Below, one piece after another: positions 1 through 9,778 of a stretch of 32,000 nucleotides of DNA. The first letter of the stretch is position 1. Each line of letters starts with the position of its first letter. A model generated the notes under the pieces. The model saw only the letters and a program-made list of their open reading frames with translations. It did no database searches and was not told the DNA's origin. The stretch is from positions 750,001 to 782,000 of the forward strand of contig CBDCNV010000002.1 in NCBI GenBank assembly GCA_965219535.1, in the 5' to 3' direction. This DNA comes from Opitutales bacterium. Lineage in GTDB: Bacteria; Verrucomicrobiota; Verrucomicrobiia; Opitutales; PNEW01. The translations under genes and the position numbers were made by a program.

Positions 1-141
1 CTCCATCGTCCGGTCCAGCTTCTGGCCGGGCTCGAAGCTCTCAAGGCGAATCGAACGCCACGCTCCAGTGAAATACTGTTTGGGATCGATCGATCTCTCC
101 TGACTCAGATGAATGAGGGTGCATTTCGCCTTGTCAGTCAT
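1..141 (-). CDS. hypothetical protein, N-terminal 47 codons only (runs off the left edge)
   Basis: There is a minus-strand ATG at 141 (cat at 139-141). The frame is open for all 47 codons to position 1 (MTDKAKCTLIHLSQERSIDPKQYFTGAWRSIRLESFEPGQKLDRTME). It starts 5 nt after the stop of the upstream cupin gene, which suggests the same operon. No family was recognised. Confidence 0.3.
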   Translation of the reverse strand, partial: MTDKAKCTLIHLSQERSIDPKQYFTGAWRSIRLESFEPGQKLDRTME

Positions 142-145
142 ATGA

Positions 146-556
146 TCAACCCTCGACTTCGGTGGGTTTTTGAGTAGGCAGAACCTCGGAAACGGACGGA
201 GGGAACACCTCGATGACCAACACTTCCAGAGGGCCGTCGCCGATGTTCTTCATGCCGTGCCGGCCGTATTGTGGGGTGATGAGCAGATCACCTGTCCTCA
301 TCTCTCGAACTTGATCGCCATCAACAGAAGCCTCACCCTGACCGAAGGCCACAAACCAGATCTCCTCGGTGCGTGACTGGATGTGGTCGGCCGACGCGGC
401 GCCGGGTTCGAATCGATTAAAATCCACTGATTGCCAGTTTCCAAAGAGGTGTTCACCGACCACCATCCGCTTCCATTGGATTAAGCCAACTCCTCCGTGC
501 ATACCGTAAACCTCGGTAAAGCCATCGGGTTGAGACACAATCACAGCATCCTTCAT
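146..556 (-). CDS. cupin domain protein
   Basis: The ORF is 136 aa. An AGGAGG Shine-Dalgarno sequence (rc of 563-568) lies 6 nt upstream of the ATG. A cupin motif-2-like string is present, GDLLITPQYGRHGMKN (G-x5-P-x2-G-x-H-x3-N). Confidence 0.8.
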   Translation of the reverse strand: MKDAVIVSQPDGFTEVYGMHGGVGLIQWKRMVVGEHLFGNWQSVDFNRFEPGAASADHIQSRTEEIWFVAFGQGEASVDGDQVREMRTGDLLITPQYGRHGMKNIGDGPLEVLVIEVFPPSVSEVLPTQKPTEVEG

Positions 557-724
557 TGATCTCCTCCTTTAATGAGCATGAATTCTTGCGCCTCAAATGA
601 TTTTAAATCATTTTCAGTAACACTAAACATAATAACGTTTTTTATTCTTCAAAGAAGAACGAGTCAATAAATTCATTGAATTGTGATAGAATAGAGAAGA
701 CTGTTTAAAGCTGATGACTGAAAA

Positions 725-1474
725 ATGAAAAATAAAGTAGCTCTCGTGACCGGTGGTGGATCCGGTATTGGCCGTGCTACGGCTCTCGCTTTTGCGCGTG
801 AAAGGGCCGAAGTTGTCATTGCAGATGTCGATGATGAGAATGGAAATAAAACCGCACGCTTAATTGAAGAAACGGGTGGTAAAGCGGTATTTATTAGTTG
901 TGATGTATCAAAAGCATCTGAAGTGGAAGCTCTGATCAAGCAAAGTGTGGAAAAATTCGGACACTTGGATTGGGCTTTTAACAATGCCGGTATTCTCGGT
1001 GAGATGGCTACAACCGCAGATTGTAAAGAAGACAACTTTGATCGTATCATAAATACCAACCTCAAAGGTGTATGGTTGTGCATGAAATATGAAATACCGC
1101 AAATGGTTAAGCAGGGTGGTGGGGTGATTGTTAACACCGCATCCAACGCCGCCGTTCGCGGGGTTCCGGAATTACCGGCTTATAGCGCATCGAAAGGTGG
1201 GGTCTTGCAGTTAACACGTACAGCTGCAGTAGAATCTGCATCTTCAGGTATTCGGGTAAACGCTATCAATCCCGGTCTCATATCCACCCCCATGGTAGAT
1301 CGCCAAGTGGAGAGCAATCCGGAGGCGGTAGAAGGATTTATTAAGGAGCATCCAGTGGGTAGAATAGGCGAACCGGAAGAAATTGCTGAAGCAGTGTTGT
1401 GGCTTTGTTCGGATGCAGCATCTTTCGTTACCGGTCATATCATGGCAGTCGACGGCGGCATTTCCGCCAAATAG
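725..1474 (+). CDS. short-chain dehydrogenase/reductase (SDR) family oxidoreductase
   Basis: The ORF is 249 aa. It has the classical SDR signatures: TGGGSGIG cofactor motif, NNAG, and the catalytic Ser plus YSASK (Y-x3-K). Confidence 0.95.
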   Translation: MKNKVALVTGGGSGIGRATALAFARERAEVVIADVDDENGNKTARLIEETGGKAVFISCDVSKASEVEALIKQSVEKFGHLDWAFNNAGILGEMATTADCKEDNFDRIINTNLKGVWLCMKYEIPQMVKQGGGVIVNTASNAAVRGVPELPAYSASKGGVLQLTRTAAVESASSGIRVNAINPGLISTPMVDRQVESNPEAVEGFIKEHPVGRIGEPEEIAEAVLWLCSDAASFVTGHIMAVDGGISAK

Positions 1475-1521
1475 GTCCTGATAATTACATTTAAAATTCG
1501 AAAGAATTAAAGAGTAAAACA

Positions 1522-2397
1522 ATGTCTAAGCATACGGCAATTACGCTAGGTAATGCATCCTATGGATTCAGAGAATATAACTTAAAAGATTTTTTTGAAG
1601 CATCTAAAAAAATAGGGATATCTTTAGTGGAAATTGACGCCGGGTGGCTGGTGGGAGAAGCGAAAAACGCGATTTCATTAAATGCAACCCCAGAAGAAAT
1701 AGGAAAAGTCAAGCATTTGGCTTCCGATGCGGGTGTTAAAGTGGCTGCACTGGGGGGTGGAGCGGTGGTGGCGCTCGAAGGAGATAAGGCTAATAATCAA
1801 TCCACTGAAATAATGAAAGCTATTGATATTGCTGATGCCCTGGATGCACGGGTGATCAGGGTATTTACCGAACATGATTTTACTGCTTCCCAGCATTATG
1901 TCCTGCCCGCGGAAAGAGTAACTGATGCACTCTATACAACACTCGGTGAAGCCTTTAATATAGTAGGAGAATATGCCCAGAGCAAAAATGTATCCCTTGC
2001 CATTGAAAATCATGGAGGAAGCTCTGCCACGGGAGCACGTTTGAAGAGACTACTCGATATGGTTCCCTATGAATCAGTGGGTGTAACTTTCGATCCTGCT
2101 AATTTTGCCTATGGAGGTGAAGATCCCTATGACGCACTGCTTCAGATTGAAGATAGAATTAAATATACCCACTGGAAAGATGTCACTCATACAGATAAAG
2201 GAGTCGAGTACCGAGCTTTCGGTGAGGGAGATATCGACTGGCCACCCATCATTTGTAAGCTTTTAAATTCTTTTAATGGGTTATGGTCTATTGAGTACGA
2301 ACGAAAAACAAACAGTACTTTGGAAACATTAATGGACGGCACACAGACAAGCTGTGAAAACCTTCAAAGAGTAATTCATGAGGTCGAGGAGAAATAA
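1522..2397 (+). CDS. sugar phosphate isomerase/epimerase (xylose isomerase-like TIM barrel)
   Basis: The ORF is 291 aa. It shows the family-typical pattern RVFT...IENHGG...FDPANF...HWKD...SIEYE. It lies 47 nt after the SDR gene and 3 nt before the next gene, so an operon is likely. Confidence 0.85.
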   Translation: MSKHTAITLGNASYGFREYNLKDFFEASKKIGISLVEIDAGWLVGEAKNAISLNATPEEIGKVKHLASDAGVKVAALGGGAVVALEGDKANNQSTEIMKAIDIADALDARVIRVFTEHDFTASQHYVLPAERVTDALYTTLGEAFNIVGEYAQSKNVSLAIENHGGSSATGARLKRLLDMVPYESVGVTFDPANFAYGGEDPYDALLQIEDRIKYTHWKDVTHTDKGVEYRAFGEGDIDWPPIICKLLNSFNGLWSIEYERKTNSTLETLMDGTQTSCENLQRVIHEVEEK

Positions 2398-2400
2398 TCC

Positions 2401-4092
2401 ATGATAGATATCAAACGCCTGGGTCACGTTGCCTTTACAGTACCCGACGTCGAAGAAACAGCTTCTTTTTACGAAAAGATATTAGGTATGGAGATTTCGG
2501 ACCGAGCTGGAGAAGCAGTTTTTCTGCGTTGCAACGACGATCACCATTGTCTCGCATTATATCCAGGCGAAAAGAGAGGTTTGCATCACCTGGGACTGGA
2601 AGTAAATGACAAGGAAACATTGCAGGCCGCGCGCGAAGAATTATCCAGCCATGGTCATGAACCGATAATAAGAGATTTCGAGGAACCGGGGCATGGCGAT
2701 GCGATCTGTTACCGGGATCCGGATGGATTTCTGCTCGAAGTGTACGAGGGCATGGAATCCATTAAAAAAACACTACCACCAAACGATGTGCGCCCTGTAA
2801 AATTTGGCCATATCACCTATATGTCGAAAGATCTGAAAACTTCCCTTGCCTTTTATACTGAGTTATTAGGCTTTCGCATCTCTGACACTTTAGAAGATAA
2901 TTCTCTCGCCTGGATTCGGTGCAATCAAGAACACCATGGCATCGCAATTATTAACGCAGGAGTGTCAAAAGTGAATCACTACTGTTTCGATTTGGCTGAT
3001 TGGAGCGTGTTTAAACAAATCTGTGATTTACTGCTCGATAATAATATACCGATCATCTATGGACCGAGCCGCCACGGACCGGGCGGAAATCTTTTTCTCT
3101 ATATCCCCGATGCCGCTGGTAATGTGATTGAATTAAGCACGGAGATGATACTGATTAAAGATGAAGAGAGTTATCAGCCCTTTGCATGGAAAAACGAACC
3201 CAAGACTGTAGATGTTTGGCGCGGAATCCCTGCACCTTCTCATTTCATGCGTGGTGAAGGACGTGAATTTAATGACTGGTCTTCGGGTTCTCCGGTTATC
3301 GGGTCGGGTTGGAACCTGTTTAATGTTGATGGAAAAGATTTACTTGACCCCACGGCGAAGATAACCGCTCCCACTCATGAACTTCCGGAGTTTAAAATTG
3401 AAATCCCTCGCTTCACCCTTGGACAGGACAATCCTCTCGATCATGTCAAAGCCATGGTCATTACCGATCGCCATTTCCCCACCTGTGATGGCCTGACCGT
3501 ATCGGTGGAACTCGCTGTCGATACACATGGAACTGAGAGCAATCCATTTGGCGCTGATCCTGAAGATCCTCGATTAGCCAATGGAGCTATCGCGTTAATC
3601 GATGATGCCTCGGGTACCGTCTTAAATTTTGAAATTTCTAACAGGCGCGTCCTTACTTTACGAGAAAGGTTTGCGGTGAATGCTCCCGGGGGCCCAGGGT
3701 TGGTTGTTCCTTTAGCAGACCCCATTCTCACAGATCTTGAAATTGAGCCTGGATCATGGCACTGCTATGAGATTATTTACACCCCGGGTGATGACGGTTG
3801 GTTCAATCCGGACCCTGATTGCGCCACCTGGCTGATCGATGGAAAGATTGTACATGAAGTCTCATGGATCACCACTAAAGATTCCCCCATTGCTCCCATT
3901 ATCAAACCTGCTAAATTTCGAGTGGCCATGGCTATATTCACCCTCCTCGATGATCTCCCGGACGGTAGAGGCGGAACCATTTCTGGATTGGATCCGAATT
4001 ATAAACAAAACCTATTTGGTCAGGGTGCGACTGCCCGGTGGCGTAATCTTAGAGTATTGAACTCAGTGCAAAGCCGGCATGTGCGTAAGTAA
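2401..4092 (+). CDS. two-module VOC / type I extradiol ring-cleavage dioxygenase fused to an unrecognised ~270-aa C-terminal domain
   Basis: The ORF is 563 aa. Residues 1-~290 form two glyoxalase/VOC modules (LGHVAFTVPD...HHLGLEV, then FGHITYMSKD...NHYCFDL...NVIELSTE). Their His/His/Glu metal-ligand pattern matches catechol-2,3-dioxygenase-like enzymes. Residues ~290-563 are beta-rich and were not recognised. Confidence 0.85.
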   Translation: MIDIKRLGHVAFTVPDVEETASFYEKILGMEISDRAGEAVFLRCNDDHHCLALYPGEKRGLHHLGLEVNDKETLQAAREELSSHGHEPIIRDFEEPGHGDAICYRDPDGFLLEVYEGMESIKKTLPPNDVRPVKFGHITYMSKDLKTSLAFYTELLGFRISDTLEDNSLAWIRCNQEHHGIAIINAGVSKVNHYCFDLADWSVFKQICDLLLDNNIPIIYGPSRHGPGGNLFLYIPDAAGNVIELSTEMILIKDEESYQPFAWKNEPKTVDVWRGIPAPSHFMRGEGREFNDWSSGSPVIGSGWNLFNVDGKDLLDPTAKITAPTHELPEFKIEIPRFTLGQDNPLDHVKAMVITDRHFPTCDGLTVSVELAVDTHGTESNPFGADPEDPRLANGAIALIDDASGTVLNFEISNRRVLTLRERFAVNAPGGPGLVVPLADPILTDLEIEPGSWHCYEIIYTPGDDGWFNPDPDCATWLIDGKIVHEVSWITTKDSPIAPIIKPAKFRVAMAIFTLLDDLPDGRGGTISGLDPNYKQNLFGQGATARWRNLRVLNSVQSRHVRK

Positions 4093-4113
4093 GAAACATG
4101 ATTATATGAAAGT

Positions 4114-4193
4114 AAACGAAAGCTATTTTTTCTTGAGTAAAGATTAAAGATGGAACGCGCTTCCTGTCCGTCATAGCCTTGGCGACGACTGAT
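4114..4193. repeat. family A interspersed repeat, left-arm-only copy
   Basis: The sequence aaacgaaagctattttttcttgagtaaagattaaagatggaacgcgcttcctgtccgtcatagccttggcgacgactgat aligns with 10774-10855 of the full element. It sits between two convergent genes. Confidence 0.7.
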
Positions 4194-4215
4194 AACTGAA
4201 CACTGAATGCTTTCT

Positions 4216-5463
4216 TTATTCCCGGAACCAATCCAATGGAATTACCCTCAAGCGCGTACCCAACCCCTTATAAATTCCTCTACCGATGTCGTAAGCAATG
4301 GCAGCTTCATCCCCGGCAAAGGCGATAGTCGGATAACATACCCTCAGCGCGCCAGGAACCCGGTGATATCTCTCAACGGGCTCAGGCTGAAGGTTGTCAT
4401 AGACCTCGTAGGGCTGACAGGCTATCGTATCCGAAGCGGGTGGAGGGGTGACTTGGGTCACATCATCCAGCGATTCCAGATTCTTGAAGTTTTCCCAGGT
4501 CTCACCTTCGTCCTTCGAGATGGCGCACGAGAGGCGGGTTCGGCACTTGTTAGTGACGATCTCCTGGCGGGAAGCCTGGCTCCATATCATAAGCAACTCG
4601 CCGGTGGATGGAATGCACCGAATAAAGGAGGGTGTGTTGGCGGCGGCTATAGGCACCGGTTCTGGACGGGTCCACGATAATCCACTGTCAGAAGAGTAGG
4701 ACTTGTAAATCCTCCCCATCGCCGCACGAAGATGCATAAGCAACCTGCCGTCTCCCAGTTCCACAACGATCGGTTCCTCGAGATCCCAGGCAGCGCGATT
4801 CACACTTACAAAAAGCTCGCTCAGGCTACGCTTCCAGGTTTTTCCCTCGTCATCGGAAATATACACGAAGCTATAGGAGAAGGTAGGGGAGGGCACACCA
4901 TCGCGCGGATTCCAGTCTTCCGCCTCGCCACCGCTTAATGGACTGATCCACCGGAAAGCAGGCGCCAGTATTCGCCCTGAGGACAGGACAACAGCATGAC
5001 CGGAGCAGCAACATGAGTGGGTCCTGTCGAGTAGCACCGGATCACCCCAGGTGTGTCCGCCGTCATCACTGGCTCGATAATAAACCATCTTGTAATTCTC
5101 TCGGCCGGGGTGGCCGTATTCTTCGTCGGTATCGGAATAAATCATACCCAGGCGTCCGGATTTCAGACGCAGCACGCTGACATGGAAACCGCGTATATCT
5201 TGACCGGCGGAATCTTGCGCCGTCCAGTCTTCCTGCCAGGTGCGGCCGGCATCGTCAGACACTTTAAAATGTATGGACTGATCCGTGTAGATTTCACTGA
5301 ATATAAACCAGAGCTGTCCGATGCGATCTCTCTCCAGGATGATTGCTTCCGCATGTCCAGGAATTGCCGGTTCAAGAATATCCAGTTTAAAGAACCTTTC
5401 CACATCGAGCGGCGTTCCCGGGACAATCCCATCCATTTTATCCTTCCACTCCGTGTCACGCAT
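4216..5463 (-). CDS. BNR/Asp-box repeat protein (sialidase-like six-bladed propeller fold)
   Basis: The ORF is 415 aa. It carries five S-x-D-x-G-x-T-W Asp-boxes: SDDAGRTW, SDDGGHTW, SDDEGKTW, SSDSGLSW, SKDEGETW. No N-terminal signal peptide is visible. Confidence 0.85.
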   Translation of the reverse strand: MRDTEWKDKMDGIVPGTPLDVERFFKLDILEPAIPGHAEAIILERDRIGQLWFIFSEIYTDQSIHFKVSDDAGRTWQEDWTAQDSAGQDIRGFHVSVLRLKSGRLGMIYSDTDEEYGHPGRENYKMVYYRASDDGGHTWGDPVLLDRTHSCCCSGHAVVLSSGRILAPAFRWISPLSGGEAEDWNPRDGVPSPTFSYSFVYISDDEGKTWKRSLSELFVSVNRAAWDLEEPIVVELGDGRLLMHLRAAMGRIYKSYSSDSGLSWTRPEPVPIAAANTPSFIRCIPSTGELLMIWSQASRQEIVTNKCRTRLSCAISKDEGETWENFKNLESLDDVTQVTPPPASDTIACQPYEVYDNLQPEPVERYHRVPGALRVCYPTIAFAGDEAAIAYDIGRGIYKGLGTRLRVIPLDWFRE

Positions 5464-5496
5464 TTATTAATTCTTCCTTAGGGGTGAGTTAAAAAA

Positions 5497-7488
5497 TTAA
5501 TTTTCCACTCTTGAGCGCAGATCGAGAGCCGGATTGCGTTCAAAAAAATCGAAGGGACGGATTTCAAACTCATGCCAGACAGTAGGAAGCACCGGCCAAT
5601 CTTCGGCTCGCACAACATGATGAAATCCAAGTGTGTACCAAAGTACGATATCAGTATTTTCGATGGGGCGATTGGCCTCTGTCCATGCGGGCAACCCATC
5701 GTAGTCCTTGCTTTGGTTCGGGTAAGTCCCACCCGCATATCGCTCATCCGTATGGTAGGGAGTCACCCAGAGATGATAGTCGGTGAATCCGGCTCGTTTC
5801 TGTGGAAAATCATTGTGAGTCAATAACGAAATGGCATTGGCTTTGAACTTGAGTTGGTAACTGACCGGATAGCCAAGCGGCCCACTGACATTGGTGTTGA
5901 CGACGCGCCAGAGGGCGGGCTTCTCAATATTGATCCGCAACTTAGTCTCTTGTTCGGTCGCGGCAATGTGCGGATCGATCACCCATATACTTTTCCTTGG
6001 ACTATCATCTTCCAAATTTACCGTTTTAAGTCGATCGAGGAGAAAACTGTTTTCAGTGCCATCGACATCGAAATCGAGGCGGAATGAAAAGAAATGGTCA
6101 TGGTTGATGGCTACCGTGTGTTCTGCTACCATGCGGCCGTAGGCCATATGGTGATCCTTGATTTTATCGGTGATGGTACGGTTATGCACCGCCGCGACCT
6201 GCTCGATGCCACTTGCGCCAAGAGCAACCTTAATGGACCCGGCTAATCCGAAAACGATATCGATAATATAGTCGTAGTTGCCGATCGCCGAAATGAAACG
6301 TAATACAAGTTCTGTTTTTTTACGGACCTCGCTTTGTCCATTGATACCCTCGTAGTGACGCCATTCCATATCACCTGCGTAACGCTCAAAAAGGCAGGCT
6401 ACATTTTGCTGGTTGTAGGGTTGCCCTCGGTCGTCCGCAAAAACGGTGTTAAAATATATCGCGTTCTCAGGTGCATCCAGACCTATTTCCAAAGGTGCAG
6501 CCAGCTTACCCACGCCATACTCGCCCGCATCCAGATAGGTTCGAAAATACCATCCAACATCGGGATCCATATACGGAACAAACAATTCTGATAAGGAGCC
6601 CTGATAGAGGATCGAGCGCGTTTTACCTTTGTCATCGTAACTCACAGTCGAAATCACAGGGCCAAGCCGTGGGTCGATGCGGAAATGAAATCCCCAGTTC
6701 TGCCAACTCACTTGATGACCATTGACAGTAAAGTTCACACCTTCTGATTGAGTGATCGAGATGGGGTTTGTTGCCTTGCGCAATGGACCAACAGAACTTT
6801 CATCGAGATCAATGGGCGTTTCCGGTAATGGGACGATACCGGTGTCGATCAACTTAATGACTTGCCTCTTTTCGATATCTACAACGGCCGTTATTCCTTC
6901 AATTGGTCTGCCCCAAAAATTTTTAGTCTTCCTCCCATCGAAACTAACAACTTTGAAAAGCCGCCGTCCCTCCTCTTCAACCAGGCCGTAATACCCGGCG
7001 GTAAGGGGTACGCATACGACTTTATCAAATTCGGTGATTCCCCTTTTCCGAATAACGACCTGCCATTCAGGATTTGATTGCACGATTTTCTGGGCAAGAG
7101 TCCATTCCTCGATGAGCACGCCGGGTTGTACACCGGGAATCTGTTTCCAGGAAACCACCTTATGCCGGTCAATATCAACAATAGCCTCGAAGGTGTCAGC
7201 GCCTTTTTTAACGATTGCAAACGCGGCTCTCGGCAGGTTGGAACCCGGTTTCCAGCTCAACACGGAGGCCTTATCGGGCTCATGCAATGTTATCAGAGAA
7301 TAGCGGCTGGAATCGTCGACTAATTCCTCTGTTTTTAAAATTGTTATAATCGCAACGTACTCATCGGATGTCAATGGATCCATCGGATGGGAAACCAATC
7401 CCATACCTAATAAAGAAGTGTTAAGTACCACGAACGATAAAAATATACCTATCGCCCGATTAGATTTTCTGAATTTACAAGGAGTCAT
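5497..7488 (-). CDS. copper-containing primary amine oxidase (TPQ cofactor)
   Basis: The TPQ precursor consensus N-Y-D-Y is present (IGNYDYIID), along with a His-rich copper site region (HTVAINHDHFFSFRLDFDVDG) and the HPMDPLTSDEY start of the mature N-domain. The start was moved to ATG 7488. That gives a signal-peptide-like N-terminus (MTPCKFRKSNRAIGIFLSFVVLNTSLLGMG) and removes most of the overlap with the upstream gene. The product is 663 aa. Confidence 0.9.
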   Translation of the reverse strand: MTPCKFRKSNRAIGIFLSFVVLNTSLLGMGLVSHPMDPLTSDEYVAIITILKTEELVDDSSRYSLITLHEPDKASVLSWKPGSNLPRAAFAIVKKGADTFEAIVDIDRHKVVSWKQIPGVQPGVLIEEWTLAQKIVQSNPEWQVVIRKRGITEFDKVVCVPLTAGYYGLVEEEGRRLFKVVSFDGRKTKNFWGRPIEGITAVVDIEKRQVIKLIDTGIVPLPETPIDLDESSVGPLRKATNPISITQSEGVNFTVNGHQVSWQNWGFHFRIDPRLGPVISTVSYDDKGKTRSILYQGSLSELFVPYMDPDVGWYFRTYLDAGEYGVGKLAAPLEIGLDAPENAIYFNTVFADDRGQPYNQQNVACLFERYAGDMEWRHYEGINGQSEVRKKTELVLRFISAIGNYDYIIDIVFGLAGSIKVALGASGIEQVAAVHNRTITDKIKDHHMAYGRMVAEHTVAINHDHFFSFRLDFDVDGTENSFLLDRLKTVNLEDDSPRKSIWVIDPHIAATEQETKLRINIEKPALWRVVNTNVSGPLGYPVSYQLKFKANAISLLTHNDFPQKRAGFTDYHLWVTPYHTDERYAGGTYPNQSKDYDGLPAWTEANRPIENTDIVLWYTLGFHHVVRAEDWPVLPTVWHEFEIRPFDFFERNPALDLRSRVEN

Positions 7489-8218
7489 TCTTAAAGTCGT
7501 GGACGATTTCGCCAAAACCATCGGTCTGATCTCTTTCAAGGTAGTAGGATTCATAATACTCAAGTGGTTTGAAATCGAAGAGATTGTATGTTGCCGACGG
7601 ATTGAACTGCACGACGCCATCCCCTGCCATGCAAATATGTACGGTAACATCGCTTGACACCTTGGTGTTATCGATAAGCTGCATAACATCGGCTCCATTT
7701 CCGTCGGCTCTCGGGATCACCTTCAGCATCCAAATCGGTTGCAGGACACGCATTTCACTCACGTTTGATTCCTTGTGCATAGTTGAGCGAATGCTCATCA
7801 CCACAGTACCGCTCAAACTGGCTTCGGCATGCATCACACGTTCCGCCATGCCAACATTTACATCAGCATAAACTTTTGGCGTTCCATAAATTTCACGTCC
7901 CGCCGGTATGCTGCATTTCGTATTGAGAAAGGACACAACACAGAAATAACCAACTTTACCTTGGAATATACATTCAACATACAGTTTGCAACCTTCAAAC
8001 TTTCCATAATGGGCCGACCACTCAACAGATATGCCGTGGGCGACGCACAAACCACTTCCTGAAAGCTCAAAACAGGAGGGCAACACCCGATCGATAGCTG
8101 ATTCATCCGCACGGAAAAAAACAAACTGCGATTTGTTGTTTCGATAGCGAGCAGGAGGCCTTGGATAATAAGGTGAAAAGACCGGAATCGTCCCGATCTT
8201 ATCCATAGGTATGGTCAT
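7475..8218 (-). CDS. acetoacetate decarboxylase (ADC) family protein, paralog 1
   Basis: The sequence is MTIPMDKIGTIPVFSPYYPRPPARYRN...GREIYGTPKVYADVNV...LKVIPRADGNGADV. It is collinear with the 246-aa paralog at 9779-10519. The start was chosen at ATG 8218 to match the paralog N-terminus (MTIPMD). Confidence 0.85.
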   Translation of the reverse strand: MTIPMDKIGTIPVFSPYYPRPPARYRNNKSQFVFFRADESAIDRVLPSCFELSGSGLCVAHGISVEWSAHYGKFEGCKLYVECIFQGKVGYFCVVSFLNTKCSIPAGREIYGTPKVYADVNVGMAERVMHAEASLSGTVVMSIRSTMHKESNVSEMRVLQPIWMLKVIPRADGNGADVMQLIDNTKVSSDVTVHICMAGDGVVQFNPSATYNLFDFKPLEYYESYYLERDQTDGFGEIVHDFKNDSL

Positions 8219-8240
8219 AAAATTAAGTTTCCGAATTGAG

Positions 8241-9569
8241 TTATAATTCGACAAATTTTTCATAACCACACCAGTTCATTGCAGCAAGGGCAAAGGTTTT
8301 GGTGGCGGTTATTAATTCTTTGATATAAACATATTCATCAACGGCATGAGCTTGCAGCAAATTGCCAGGTCCATAAATAACCGATGGGGTTCCCGAGATA
8401 TTGAGAAACGCGGCATCGCAAACAGCCGCAAACCCTTGAATTAAATCTCTATCATCAACTGACTTTGGACTTATGACCTCGTTGTGTGCATCGACACATG
8501 TACGGACTATTGGGTGGTTTGTTGGAATCTCAGCCGGTGGCCAATGGAGGTTGAAACTAATTTCAGGTGGGTTTTCACAAAGCCAGGGATCCACTTGACA
8601 GGCTTTGTCAATGTACTCTGTTATCTCTTTCTGGATGTCTTCCTCATTCTCTTGAGGCGGATACCAGACAGCGTATTCAATTGTGCAAAATTCTGATATC
8701 AGGAAGGGAATCAAGACACCGTTCGGGCCCCCGGTAATCACGCCCGGATGAAGAGTAAAGTGCCCTGGTCGGAAAAGCGGATGCTTTTTGCTTTGGCCCC
8801 ACTGCTCTTCAAGCCTGTACAGAGCATTCATAATGAAAATACCTTTCTCAATGGCGCTAACGGCAATCTCTGAACCTCTGCCCCCGGCACGAACCATTTC
8901 ATTTCTCATCGATGCATGACTGGCTTTCCCCCGGCACGTAATACTAAACCAAATCAGCCCTGAGGTAACGGGCATGACTGCCAAAGGCATTAGAGCCGCA
9001 GTAGGCTCGGAGACTATGGCGCCGTCGGCTTTGTATTTCTCACTAACAGCGGAAACGCCAACTTCATGACTCATAGTTTCTTCGCCTACGACACTTTCCA
9101 GAGTAACGTCACCCTTTAACTTGAAGCCGCAGCGTAACACCGCTTCGATTCCTTTGAGTTGGGAAACGAGTCCACCCTTCATATCACAAGAGCCCCGCCC
9201 GTAAAGTTTACCATCTTCAATTTTACCGCTGAATGGATCATTGTACTTCCAATCCGAATGATTGCCCACAGGAACAACGTCGATATGTCCGTTGTAGATG
9301 AGGGAACGCCCCTCTCCGGTCCCACTCAGCACCCCTACCAAGTTTGAGCGGCCTTTTTCTTTTTCAATAAATTCAGTCTCACAACCGATTCCTTTATAAG
9401 CTTCAGCCAATCTCTTGTTGCACTCTGTTTCGATGCCTACCTCCTTGTCGTAGTCCATCCCCGGGTATTTTGGATTAATACTTGGAATTCTCACCAGTTC
9501 CGCTGTCAGGGAAACGATTTCATCCTCCATCTTTTCAACAGTATCCAAGACATCTTTTTTCGTATTCAT
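8241..9569 (-). CDS. M20 family metallohydrolase (ArgE/DapE/ACY1/CPG2-type deacylase/peptidase)
   Basis: The ORF is 442 aa. It has the M20 motifs NGHIDVVP, GRGSCDMKGG and VVGEET. Confidence 0.9.
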   Translation of the reverse strand: MNTKKDVLDTVEKMEDEIVSLTAELVRIPSINPKYPGMDYDKEVGIETECNKRLAEAYKGIGCETEFIEKEKGRSNLVGVLSGTGEGRSLIYNGHIDVVPVGNHSDWKYNDPFSGKIEDGKLYGRGSCDMKGGLVSQLKGIEAVLRCGFKLKGDVTLESVVGEETMSHEVGVSAVSEKYKADGAIVSEPTAALMPLAVMPVTSGLIWFSITCRGKASHASMRNEMVRAGGRGSEIAVSAIEKGIFIMNALYRLEEQWGQSKKHPLFRPGHFTLHPGVITGGPNGVLIPFLISEFCTIEYAVWYPPQENEEDIQKEITEYIDKACQVDPWLCENPPEISFNLHWPPAEIPTNHPIVRTCVDAHNEVISPKSVDDRDLIQGFAAVCDAAFLNISGTPSVIYGPGNLLQAHAVDEYVYIKELITATKTFALAAMNWCGYEKFVEL

Positions 9570-9778
9570 AAACTAACCTTTCACTAAGTCATTCTAATGA
9601 GAAAAAAATATCCCAAGAAGGTTTAACTGTCATTCGACGGTTATCGTGGATAGAAATGGCATCATTTAATTTGCCTATTACAGTACCTTCTGGGGCGTTC
9701 GACGGACCATTGAGTATACTCTCGATAGGATCTTGTCAGAAAATTTTCATATGAGCATCCCGATCGACAGAAAATGCA

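Noticed and set aside
5497-7698. The full 733-aa ORF as the amine oxidase gene.
   Set aside because: The first 70 codons overlap the upstream ADC gene by more than 200 nt and have no oxidase-like sequence. ATG 7488 gives a signal-peptide-like N-terminus followed directly by the HP.DPLT mature start.
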